In this document: piece after piece, positions 10,561 to 20,661 of the stretch | Layout of the letters: every line of letters begins with the position of its first letter | How positions within the stretch are numbered: position 1 is the first letter of the stretch | Source: Prasinococcaceae sp. CCMP 1430 | Taxonomy: Eukaryota; Plantae; Prasinodermophyta | Length of the DNA: 32,401 nt | Assembly: GCA_013416795.1 (NCBI GenBank) | Contig: RQSC01000028.1 | Span: forward strand, 940,068 to 972,468 | Reading direction: 5' to 3' | Notes under the pieces: generated by a model | Databases searched by the model: none | What the model was told of the DNA's origin: nothing | Seen by the model: the letters and a program-made list of their open reading frames with translations, nothing else | Translations under genes and position numbers: made by a program

Positions 10561-11103
10561 ATGATCCCATCCCCTCCCCCCGTCCTTCCCCCCGCGAGGC
10601 GCTCCGCCACGTGCGCGCTCCGCCGCGTCACCCGGCTCGTACGCGAAGCGCGTGGATCGCCGAGCGGCGGCCGCGTGGTTCAACCCCGGGACAGTGCTCC
10701 GCCGGCGGCTGTCGATGTCGGCGGCGACGGCGTGCAGCAGGGCGGCCTCGCCGACGCCGTCATCATCCTAAAGCAGGGCATCCACGAAGTGGCCGCCGCC
10801 GCCGAGGCGCGTGAGGCGCACCTCCGCGAACAGGGTGCCACGGCCGCGCGCGCGCACGCGGAGGAGGCCGCGCGCCTCGAGGGCGCGCTGGCGTGTGCTG
10901 AGGCGGACCGTGACGAGGCTCGCAAGCACGCGGTGCTCGCCGAGGAGCGCTGCGCCGCCACCTCGATCGAGTGCGCCGCGCGCGTGGCGAGCGAGCGCGC
11001 GTGCAGTTCCTCGCGCGTCAAGGTCGCCCTCACCGTAGGAATGCTCACCTCTTGGGCGACGGGCGCCGCCGTCTACGCCCTCGGTGCCATCGCCGCCCTG
11101 TGA
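10561..11103 (+). CDS. Hypothetical coiled-coil protein with a C-terminal transmembrane anchor
   Basis: Heptad-like AAAAEAREAHLREQG...EEAARLEGALACAEADRDEARKH followed by hydrophobic VKVALTVGMLTSWATGAAVYALGAIAAL-stop. The start (10501 or 10561) is uncertain. Confidence 0.45.
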   Translation: MIPSPPPVLPPARRSATCALRRVTRLVREARGSPSGGRVVQPRDSAPPAAVDVGGDGVQQGGLADAVIILKQGIHEVAAAAEAREAHLREQGATAARAHAEEAARLEGALACAEADRDEARKHAVLAEERCAATSIECAARVASERACSSSRVKVALTVGMLTSWATGAAVYALGAIAAL

Positions 11104-11384
11104 GCGCGGACATAATGGCGCGCATCGCGAGCCGACGATGGCGACGCGCGCGCATCCACGCACGCAGACCGCACACATGCCATCCGAGTGCGGTGTAGCA
11201 TATACCATGAACGCACCCTTTTGTAGCAGTTGCATGCACTACGGTAGCTAGAGCGACGGCGCGGGTGCGCGCGGGCGCGCGCGCTCAAGGGCGCGAGCCA
11301 GCGAGCGCGGCATGCCTGCGCGGGAGAGCCTGGCTGCACGCGGCGAGGCCACGCGCGCGACGCGCGGTCGACGTGTGGGCTTCC

Positions 11385-12045
11385 TCAGCTGTAGTCGTCC
11401 TCATCGTCGGAGAAGAGCGTGCCCGGCCTGAAGAGGTCCGACACGCGGACGGTCGGCCGCCCCCTGCGCACGAAGCGCCCCGCCGTCGGCGCGGTGGCAC
11501 GCGCCCCCGGGTCGCGCCGGCGCGAGCGGTGGAAGCCGCCGTTCTGTCCGCCGACGGCCGCGGACGGCGACTGCGCGGCCGCGCGCNGGCGTGTGCGCTC
11601 TTGAGTTTGTTGTACTTTTCACGCAGCACGTCGGCTTTGGCGCGCTCCGCGTTGACATCTGCCCGAGCGCTGGCAAGCATTGCCAACTCCTCGCGCGCTT
11701 GGGCCTCGGCAGTGCGAGCAGTCTCGTGCGCCTCTCTCGCACGCTCTTCCATCGCCCGTGCGCGCTGCGCGGCGGACTCCTCCCGCGCTGGGCTTGCCCG
11801 CACGGCATCAGCCAATCGCTCCAGGTCGGCGCTCAGGCGCGCGATGTTGGATGCGCTCAGGACGTTCGACTCGGTGTCGCCTATCTCGCCGCAACCGCTC
11901 GGCCGGCCCGCGCGCTCATGCCCGCACCCGGCAGCGAAGTCGTCCTGAGCATTATCGCCAATGGGCGCCCCAACGCCCGCATCGCGCAACAATGCATCCG
12001 CGAAAGGCAACGACGCGGCTTCCTCGCCGTCCTTGTCCCGGTCGG
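11385..12045 (-). CDS. Hypothetical coiled-coil protein, partial; interrupted by the single-N join at 11587
   Basis: ARLSADLERLADAVRASPAREESAAQRARAMEERAREAHETARTAEAQAREELAML...LREKYNKLKS. After the N a different frame gives ...VRVSDLFRPGTLFSDDEDDYS-stop (TGA 11387-11385). Upstream 12070-12230 looks like an intron. The 5' exon was not found. Confidence 0.5.
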
Positions 12046-12434
12046 CTGTCCGTTGTTGTGAGAGGCGGGTGGGCGGGTCCGGCTGTCGTTCGCGGGGGTG
12101 AGGGGCGGGGTGAGGGGAGGTGGGTGGGTTGGTTGGTTGTTGGGGGATGGGGGGAAAAGGGTGTGTGCGTGGATGGATCGGTCGCGAGGGTGGGGGGTTG
12201 GTGGGTGCGGCTGTGGGTGGGGGAACGCGGTGCGGACGCCCGCCGCGTGCCGGGCTGATAAAAGAAAGGCAATACAGTACGGCCAGGGAGGGACGCGCCA
12301 TCGAATCACGGGGGACCCCGGCGCGAGCTATATCCCCCCCGCCCCTCTCGCTCGGCCCCAGCCGGGCCAGCAGTGGCATGCGCGACGCCGCGCGCCAACC
12401 GAGGGTGCTCCCGCGGGTGCGACGTGCAGCGAAA

Positions 12435-12778
12435 CGGCGCGGCGCTCTTAACAGCGCGGTGCGGTGCGGCGCGGCGGGGCGCGGCGCGGCGCGGTCACCT
12501 CTCATTGGCGGAGCCAGTGTGCTCCACGTCCCAGCTTCGCTCGGACATGATGCCTTCGAGCTCCTCCGCCGCGGCGGGCATTCGCTCTGTGAGGGCGTNC
12601 GGCGCGGCGCTCTTAACAGCGCGGTGCGGTGCGGCGCGGCGGGGCGCGGCGCGGCGGGGCGCGGCGCGGCGCGGTCACCTCTCATTGGCGGAGCCAGTGT
12701 GCTCCACGTCCCAGCTTCGCTCGGACATGATGCCTTCGAGCTCCTCCGCCGCGGCGGGCATTCGCTCTGTGAGGGCGT
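12435..12778. repeat. Direct duplication (12435-12598 and 12600-12778) flanking a single N; probably unmerged contig overlap
   Basis: The copies are identical except for 15 extra nt in a GCGCG/GCGGG pentamer tract in copy 2, and they are separated by exactly one N. Confidence 0.85.
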
Positions 12779-13250
12779 CAGCACTCGCGAACGCATCCGG
12801 AGGCACCGTTGCCCGAGCGCCGCCCGACGCCACGTCGACGTCCACGCGCTCGCCGCGAAGCATCTGCACCTTCCTGAGCTGCGACGGCGCTAGCGCGTCG
12901 CCACCGCGCGCCCAGCTGCCTGTGAAGCCCCCGAGCTCTCCGCTCGAAGCAACCACGCGATGGCACGGCACAATCGGCGCGTACGGGTTGCGGCGCAGCG
13001 CAGCGCCGACGGAGCGCGCGCAGCCCGCGCCGATCGCGTCCGCAATGGCGCCATACGAGCACACGCTCCCGCGGGGGATGGCCAGGCAGGCAGTGTACAC
13101 CGAACGCTCGAAGGTGGTCGCAGGCCGCGCCTTGGGAGCCTTCGCCGGCCCCTTGGCCGCAGTTCGGACGTGCTTGGACTTGTCGACCGCGCCCTCCTTC
13201 GTGCCGCGCGCCGCCCCGCGCTCGGTGGCGCCGCCGCCGCCGCGGCGCAT
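12675..13250 (-). CDS. MGMT: O6-alkylguanine-DNA alkyltransferase (MGMT/Ogt-type C-terminal domain)
   Basis: FERSVYTACLAIPRGSVCSYGAIA...ARSVGAALRRNPYAPIVPCHRVV...LGGF...KVQMLRGE shows the HTH, the Arg finger, the Asn hinge and the catalytic PCHR motif (Cys codon 12965-12963). The start at ATG 13250 is tentative because the poly-C run lies upstream. Confidence 0.92.
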   Translation of the reverse strand: MRRGGGGATERGAARGTKEGAVDKSKHVRTAAKGPAKAPKARPATTFERSVYTACLAIPRGSVCSYGAIADAIGAGCARSVGAALRRNPYAPIVPCHRVVASSGELGGFTGSWARGGDALAPSQLRKVQMLRGERVDVDVASGGARATVPPDAFASADALTERMPAAAEELEGIMSERSWDVEHTGSANER

Positions 13251-13329
13251 CGCGCACGCCGCGGGCACGCGCAGCCCCAGGCGCCTGAGGTTTCGAAGGA
13301 ATGCCGTCGGCACGACCGGTCCCTCCTCT

Positions 13330-13434
<105 letters not shown>

Positions 13435-13466
13435 NCGGCGCGCGGCGCACGCGGGGCGTCGACGCG

Positions 13467-14155
13467 ATGGGGGGGCTCCCTCGCGGCGCCACCGCGCTGG
13501 GCTACGCGCTCACCACCGCCGCCGACGTGGCGCTCAGCGGCGGCGTCACCTCGCAGCACCTCACGCTGTGGACGATGGGCCTGCACGCGGCCTACTTCGC
13601 GACGGCCGCCGCCGACCCGCCGAGGGGCATACGCGCGCTGCAGGGAGCGTCCTTCGTTGGAGCGCATGCCCTACTGGCGTCGTACCTTTGGATGATCAGC
13701 CAGAGCCCAGGTGCGCCGGCGTGCGCGCGTGCGTTTGGATGAGGATGAGGGAGGGGGGGGGTGCGTGTGTTGGAGGGGGGAGGCTGGCGTGCCGACCGCC
13801 ATAGCGCTGACCCATCGAACTCGCTCCCGTGGCGGCGACGCGGCATGCGCGTGGCGCAGACATGGAAACCAAGCTCCTTCGCGACCACATGCCCCGCCTT
13901 GCCTCCTGGATGCGCTGGCCGCGCTCCTTCATCCTCCACGGCATGCCCGTCGTGCTCGCGTGGGCGGACCTTCTCTCGAACGGTTCGTCTATTCGCGCAG
14001 CGCACATGGCCAAGGGCGGCGGCCCAGGCCAGCAGGCCTGGGCGATGCTCTCCTTCTTTGCGCTCACCACGGCGTACGAGGCCTTGGTGCCAGAACCCGG
14101 CGGCTCGCAGTACGACGTCAAAATGCCCCAGAAGAAATTCGTCGCCATCACCAAG
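13467..14155 (+). CDS. FAR-17a/AIG1/ADTRP-like multi-pass membrane protein; exons 13467-13710 and 13860-14155, last exon unresolved
   Basis: SQHLTLWTMGLHAAYF and SFILHGMPVVLAWADLL resemble the family motifs LTxWxxxlxxxyf and HxxPxxxxxiD. Phase-1 intron CCCAG|GTGCG...GCGCAG|AC with a GCTGAC branch point. Donor AAG|GTGTGT at 14155/14156. Confidence 0.65.
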
Positions 14156-14620
14156 GTGTGTGCGCTCGCGCTCGTGCGCTCGCGTGTCGTGCGCGCGCGT
14201 GTCGTGCGGCAACGCGTCCGCCACTGCCACCGATCCCGCGCTGCTGCTGCTGCGCGGACCGCGTCCAGGTCGCTCCGTCCCGCCCCACTCCTCCTGACCC
14301 CACTTGCCTCCCCCTCAAAAGGCCGTCGCCGGCGTGACTGCCGCTGCCGCGTTCTTCGGAGGCCTGCGCCCGCGCGCGTTTGGCGCAAAGGCGAGGAGCG
14401 CGTGAGAGAGAGGCGTGGTGCGATGGCTCCTGATGAGACGGCGGGAGGCGACGCCATCGTTGAGCGTGTGTGTGTGCCGAATAGAAGCCGCCCAAAGGGC
14501 TGTTGCGTGCCCTCCTCCCCCCCTGCCCCTCCCCCCTGCCATACCCAACCCACCCTCACCCCCGCCCCCCACACCCCCTGCGCTGCGCATGGGCCTTTTG
14601 GTTGATGGAGGTTGCGATGG

Positions 14621-14636
14621 TAGGGTTTACCCTAAA
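14621..14636. promoter_or_regulatory. Telo-box (TAGGGTTT) overlapping an inverted CCCTAAA telomere unit
   Basis: TAGGGTTTACCCTAAA read directly; TAGGGT and ACCCTA form an inverted repeat. Confidence 0.35.
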
Positions 14637-15385
14637 CATGGCCTTTGCCAAGTTGAAACGCCGTCGAGTCGAGCGAGACCGGCTGGCCGGCCGGAGGAGC
14701 GCGTCGCGCCGCGCCCAACCCCCTGCACTCGCGCGCGGCCGCGCGGCGCGCACTCCCGTCGTCGCTCCTGGCCTCCGCGTCCCTGCTGCCCTGCTGGGAG
14801 GCGGCGGGGCGCAGCGCGCGACGCTGGCTGCGCGAGTGATCACCAACAGACAGACAGAGGGTCTTTCTTGCCCGGCTGGCTGGGACTCGCAGCGCCTGCG
14901 GCGTGCGTGAGACTCACACAACACTTTTCAAAATGGGTCGCGCCTGCTCTTCCGCTGCCCTCCGAGACACCACGCACCACCACGAGCACGCAACACCCCA
15001 ACAACGCTGTTGCGTTTTGCACTTTTTGTCGTGCAGTAATCGATTGAGGATTTCGTGCAGAGCGCCCTGCTCCGCATCCGCCGCTCATCAACCCCGCCAT
15101 CCATCCAGCCAACCAAATATTACAGACAGTACGTACAGTTGTACAACAGTGCACGTGTACTGTCTGTACACCAGGGGCTGCTGCCCCCACCCCCCCCATC
15201 CCATCCCATCCCATCCCATCCGAACCGTTCCATTTGGGGTCTGTGCCCGCCGATTGGATGAATGCGCGCGCGCTCGGGCGCGCGCGCGGTGCGCCCCGTG
15301 CGAGTGACCCCTGCCTCTGATTGCGTGGGGATTGGCCTCGCGCCCGCGCGCGCGTCTGCCCCGCGCGCGCTCCGGCCGCGTCGCG

Positions 15386-15484
15386 TTCTGCTACGGCATG
15401 CTCAACCGCGTGAGCCGCTCGTTCGCGATGGTCATACAGCAGCTGTCGCCGGAGCTGCGCACGCCCGTCTGCGTGTTCTACCTG
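15386..15484 (+). pseudogene. Isolated exon of squalene synthase (N-terminal conserved block); the rest of the gene is not visible
   Basis: [33 protein letters not shown] followed by a CTG|GTACGT donor matches the SQS block FCYxMLxKVSRSFAxVIQQL...VCxFYLV. There is no good upstream acceptor or ATG, and no downstream LRALDTVEDD exon before the N at 15793. It may be a misassembled piece of a live gene. Confidence 0.6.
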
Positions 15485-15793
15485 GTACGTACGCAGGGGA
15501 CGGAAGGGGGGAGGAAGGAGGGCGAGGGGGGGCAGCGCATGCGCGCGCGTCTGCTCCGTGGTGATGGCAATCGCGGCGGTTGATGGCGGGGGGGGCGGCC
15601 GGAGGGCGAGGGCGCGCGTCCGCGCCGAGCGCGCCGATCTCGCGCCAACCCGTGCCAATTCGAATCGGCGGCTGACGGGTGTGCTCACGCGCCGCCGCCG
15701 ACGCCGACGCCGCCGACGCCGTCGATGCGCCGCACTCGCCGCCGCCCCGAAACCCGATTGCCCCCGTCTGCCCACGCTATGCCCCTCGATCGN

Positions 15794-16755
15794 CCGGCGC
15801 TGCGAGCGGGGCCGACGCCGCCGCGGCGCAGGCGAGGGAGCGCCAGACACGCGAGGACGAGGAGTTTGCGCGCAGGTTGCAGCGCGAGGAGCACGACCGC
15901 CGCGAGCAAGAACGCGCGGCTGTGCGCCGCGAGCGCGACGCGGCGCGGCGCGAGGCACGCGAAGCGTGGCGGAGGGAAACGCCGGCCTCGGGCGCGCGCG
16001 CTGGCGGCTTCCCCGGGCCAGGTCAGCACCTGTTTGCGGCGGGCTGGGGGGACGACGACAGTGATGACTACGACGACGACGAGGGCGGCGGCGGCGCCCC
16101 CTTTGGCTTCCCGGCTTGGCTTGCCATGCCCCCCAGCATGGGCGGGGCCGGCGGGACTGGTGGGGGCGGGCGCTCCGGTGGGGGAGCTCGAGGTCGCGGC
16201 GGCGGCGGCGGCGGCGGCGCGCATGGAGGCGCTGGTGGCGGGGGTGCCCACGCGCCCGGCCTGCAGTTCCCGCACCACGCCGCCCCGATGGGCATGATTA
16301 TGGCGATGCACGGCGGTGGGCTGTTCGGCGTGGTCGGCGGCGGGGGCGGGGGTGGCGGGGGCATGCCCCACAACCTGCCGCTGGCGCTGCGCCTCGCAAT
16401 GACCGACCGCGACTTCACCGAAGCGGACTACGAGCTCCTGCAGCAACTCGACGAGGGGGTCAAGAACAACAAAGGCGCCACCAAGGCCACCATCAACGAC
16501 AGCTGCAAAACCTCGCGCGCTAAGGCGACGGATTGCGGCGAGCCGTGCGCCATCTGCCTCGAGGAGCCGCACAGGGGCGAGACGCTGCGGGAACTGCCGT
16601 GCGGTCACAAATTCCACAAGCGATGCGTCGACAAGTGGCTCGCGCAGAATGCGGTGTGCCCAATCTGCAAGGTCCACATAGCTCAAAAGGGCACGTCGGA
16701 GAAGGACGGCGCCAGCGGCGGCGCCAAGGAGGGGGAGACGAAGAGAGACAAGTAG
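15794..16755 (+). CDS. RING-H2 E3 ubiquitin ligase (SDIR1/RNF38-like C-terminus), 5' end cut by an N
   Basis: C-x2-C-x14-C-x-H-x2-H-x2-C-x10-C-x2-C (CAICLEE...LPCGHKFHKRCVDKWLAQNAVCPIC), preceded by RLAMTDRDFTEADYELLQQLDE and an EDEEFARRLQREE segment. Confidence 0.9.
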
Positions 16756-16963
16756 GGAGTGCATTGCGTGCACATCGCACACCAGCCCATTCTCGTGTGG
16801 GGAGGCATGCAGCAGACACTCATGTATTATTCTGTACTAAGCGAGCGGCCCGCAGGAGCACGGCGCCCGAGTAAACGACACCAAAGACAACCACACGGCA
16901 GCACATGACGCGCGTGGCGCGAGCGGGTGCTCGAACGAGCGGGTGCGGGCGGCAGAGTCGGCG

Positions 16964-17859
16964 CTATCTTCTGTAGCGCGGAGGCGCCTCGTCCGACGGC
17001 CTCGCGCCACCCCGATTGGCGGCAATCGTGAACAGCATGCCCATCTGCTCCAGCATAGGGGCCGCCGCGACCCTGCCGAGCGCCACCGCCCCCGCCGCCG
17101 TTGCGAGTCCCTGGGCAGCACCGAGGGGGTGCCACAGCGACAGCACGCTGCACGCGATGGCGCCGTAGCCGGCCAGGCGCGCGACGCGCTGGGTCTCGCG
17201 CGCAGCCACCTGCGCCTCCTCCTGCGCGTTCGAGGAATTCGCGCTATACCGGCGTTCGGAGGCAACGACGTCGTCGTGAAGCAGCATGGCGTAGACAGAA
17301 CGGCCGTCTGACACGCTCGTCGGCTGGCCCGCGGCGGACGGGTCGCCCTCGCGAGCGCGGCGCGCCAGCTCGAGCGCGCGTTGCAGGTCCTCTTCGCGGA
17401 TGCCATCTGACACAGGCCAGCAGCGCACGAGGGGAGAAAGGCGCCGGCGCGGGCGGGCAGGTCAGCGCCGCTGCCAATGGCGCTGCATCGCGTAGCCCGC
17501 TGGCGACACCGCGCGCGCGCCTTCCTGATCGCGCGCAAGGCGCACATGCACGCACTTTGGTAGCCTTTGTCGAAGCGCCTCCCCTCTATGAGATCAGTGT
17601 CGAGGCTGCCGCGCAGCACTTGCATGTCCTCCTCGCGCGAACTCGCAAAGGCCTTCCATTCGCTCGCCACGTCGGCGCCTGGGGCGTCGGAGGCGCCCGC
17701 GCCCGCGTCTTCGCCGCCGGCATCCGTGGCGGAGCACGCCGCGCACACGCTGGAGCGGCCTGCCCCTCGCGGGCGGTGCGCGCGGCCCCGCGCGGTCGAT
17801 GGCGCCAACGGCGTGCGCGTGGATACGGCCGCCTGAGGCCCGCCTACGGCCGCTCTCAT
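16964..17859 (-). CDS. Hypothetical protein (248 aa) with a putative plastid transit peptide and two hydrophobic segments; exons 17859-17556 and 17406-16964
   Basis: Arg/Ala/Ser-rich leader ending SVCAA, then an acidic spacer. Phase-1 intron CAAA|GTGCG...TGTCAG|AT. C-terminal LAGYGAIACSVLSLW and LGAAQGLATAAGAVAL segments. Confidence 0.65.
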
Positions 17860-17982
17860 CGTGCCTCCTACGCCCCTAACGGGCACGCACGCATACACGC
17901 ACACGCGCCGCGCCCTCCGGTCGGCCGCGAGCGCCTCGTTGGCGCGGGCGGGGAGGTGGGCTCTGCGGCGCGCGGCGCCCGN

Positions 17983-18379
17983 ATATTTTTGTAATTCAGA
18001 AACTATTTCATCAGTTGAAAAAACTGAGGAGCCGTCGGTTAATTTAATTGGATTTGTTGCCCTTGGGTTTCATTCAACACATGACTATCAAGAATTACAA
18101 CGAATTTTAAAATCTTTAAATATTAAAATTAATGTTATTTTACCTGAAAAATGTACAGTAGAACAGTTAAAAACATTGCCAAAGGCGTGGTTTAATATTG
18201 TTCCTTACCGTGAGGTTGGTTTGATGACGGCCAAATATTTAGAAAGAAATTGGAATATGCCTTATGTTTCAACGATCCCATTAGGGCTAGTTGAAACAGG
18301 TAAATGGGTAAAAAATATCGAATCATTATTAAATACTTCGTCTTTATGTAAATCCAAGGTTAATTTTACTTCTTTTGTT
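17983..18379 (+). pseudogene. chlB: Plastid-derived fragment of chlB (light-independent protochlorophyllide reductase subunit B); NUPT or chimeric join
   Basis: 132 stop-free codons: TEEPSVNLIGFVALGFHSTHD...LPKAWFNIVPYREVGLMTAKYLE...MPYVSTIPLG. About 32% GC (114/360 counted over 18001-18360) with A/T-ending codons, against very GC-rich flanks. Truncated at both ends. Confidence 0.9.
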
Positions 18380-19098
18380 GCGCCCCCTCCTCACGGGCGG
18401 GGGCACGCGCGCGCCACGCGCCTCGGTCGGCCGGTCGGTCGGGGTCTGATCCGCTCCGCGCACCCGCGCGCGCTGGCGCTGGCGTGGGCTGCGGGTGGGT
18501 GCAGCAGGTCCGACCCGGGCCGGATCAATTTGAGGGCGAAGCGCCGGATTGATGGAGCGCACCCGCGGCTCGCACGCTCGTGGCAATTGGATGGATGGAT
18601 GGATGCGTGGATTGATTGATTGATTGCGCAATTCATAGACTGATTATTACTGGGCCAAACGCGGGTGGCGCGCCGCGCCGCACGGACGGCCGGACAGGTG
18701 CAGGCACCGATCCGCAATTGGCCGGACGGATGCGATGCGCGGGACGCGGGAGCTGGGCGGCTGGCATTCGAGCGTTCCGCCGACCCACAACTTAAACCAG
18801 GTGGTGCGCGTTCGGTCGGGTGCCTGTCTGATTTGCTGAGATTGATGAGTGCGCGAACGGTCACGCGCGAGCGCCGCGGCGTCGGGCCGCCGCGGCGGCC
18901 ACGGCGCATCGGGAGGGGCGAGCGACAGCGCGAGCCGCGGCAAGCAGGCGGGCGCCACGTGGGGAAGGGAGGGCAGAGGTGGCGCGAGCGGCAGGGCGCG
19001 CGCCACCTCTCTCTCCCTCTCTCTCTCTGCATCGCGGCCTCTTCCTCTCTCTCTCTCTCGAAACATTGCAGCCCCTCGGGGCGCGCGGCGTCGACGGG

Positions 19099-20413
19099 AT
19101 GTCCCGTGGCGCGCGCGTCTGCGACGGCGGCGGCGATGCGCCCACGCTGCGAGACTGGCTGGCGGCGGGGCCGTACACGCTGGCGCTGTCGAGCTCGTTC
19201 TTCGGCTTCTACTCGCATGCGGGATCGCTGGCTGCGCTCGAAGAGGTTGGGCTGACGCCTGCGGCGATCACCGGGAGCAGCGCAGGGGCGCTTGCGGGCG
19301 CGGCGTGGGCCGCCGGGCTCGACGCCAGGGACGGAATGCGCGACTTCATGCTGCGCACGCGTCGCGAGGACGCCATGCGCCCCTTCTGGAGGAGGCCATG
19401 CGCTGGCCTCATGAAACTAAACGTGGGCCCGCTTGAAAGGTGAGGCTCGGCGGCGCCTGGCCGCACGCGCGCGCGCGCGTGCTTCCTGTCGCCCAGCGCA
19501 CCAACACGGCTGACGATGCCCGCCTCTATCTGCCGCCGCAGCGCTTTGCCCGTGCTCGAGTTGGAGCGAACACGCGTGCCATGCCGCGTGTCAGTGTTCG
19601 ATGTGCTGTCGCTGCGCACGCGCGTGGTCACGTCGGGGGCTATTGCGCCCGCGGTCGCGGCAAGCTGCGCTGTGCCGCTGCTCTTCGCGCCCACTGTTCT
19701 CGACGGGCGCCCGTGCTTTGACGGCGGTCTGGGGGACTGCGATGCCTTCGCCGGCTGCGTCCCCGGAGAGCGCGTCCTCAGGTGCGGTCAGACACAGGGC
19801 TTTCCCACGCGCCTCACTAGAGAGCCCTCAGGCGACATGCGGGTGCGCAAAGGCTGACGTGCTGTGCTTGCACGTTGGCACGCGCGCGCGCGTGCTCACC
19901 GTGCGGGCGCGCTGGCCCGGACAGCATTCAACACGAGAACAAGGCCCATGTGGCGATCGACGCAGACGCGAGCAGACCCGCGGGCGAGCCAGCACAGAGG
20001 CCGGCAAGTGTTCGCCCGCTCACGCTCGTAGATAGGCTCATGCGAACGCTGCTATCACAGCACGAGCCCCCCAAAGGTGTGGCGAACGCCGCGGGCGCAG
20101 AACGAGCTGCATACCTTGGCCATGCACCACGCAGCCTGCTCCTTGGTGTGTCGCCCACCGCCCCCCGAGTTGGCCTGGCCGAAGCAAGCTGACACTCGCT
20201 GCGCGCGCAGACACTGTCGTGCTCACGCTATCGGGCCTGCCCTTCGTGGCCCCCGATCGCATGTGCTTGGGCGAGCGTGCAATGGACGAGGCGACCTCTG
20301 CGACGAGAGCGGCGCTTGACATGCGCATCGCACGCCCGGGAGTGGGCGGAGTGCCCGCCACAGCTGGACACATTCACGTGGCGTGCGCTCCGGCGCCTAG
20401 TGCGCCTCGTTGA
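19099..20413 (+). CDS. Patatin-like phospholipase (311 aa); exons 19099-19439, 19542-19781, 19925-20076, 20211-20413
   Basis: LALSSSFFGFYSHAG loop, GSSAG nucleophile elbow, AASCAVPLLF and DGG catalytic Asp motif. All splice phases (2,2,1) are compatible, and introns 1 and 3 contain GCTGAC. Confidence 0.85.
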
Positions 20414-20661
20414 GGGTCGTGGGTTACCTCGCTGTAATCATGTGTACAATCTTCACGCGCGAGGCGACGGGCGCGCAGCGCCGCCCACTGCCTGTGCTGA
20501 CGAAGTAGATTACTGTACAGGGATGGGGCCGCCCATGGGTTGCGCTGCCGCGGCACAGTCGCGCGGCGGCCCAAGCACAAAAAGTACGCCCGTCGCGGGA
20601 GCCGCTGCACCCGTGCGCGAGAGAGGGAGAGGCTCCCGTGCGCACAGGATGTGCCCGGTGT

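Noticed and set aside
12435-12778. Tandem duplication of the MGMT 3' end
   Set aside because: The copies abut a single N and differ only in the length of a simple repeat, which is the signature of unmerged overlapping contig ends.
14611-14910. Possible last exon of the FAR-17a-like gene (VAMVGFTLNMAFAKLKRRR...)
   Set aside because: It is phase-compatible and hydrophobic, but needs a GAG acceptor and has atypical A/T-ending codons. An alternative acceptor at 14268/14269 is also weak, so this was left uncalled.
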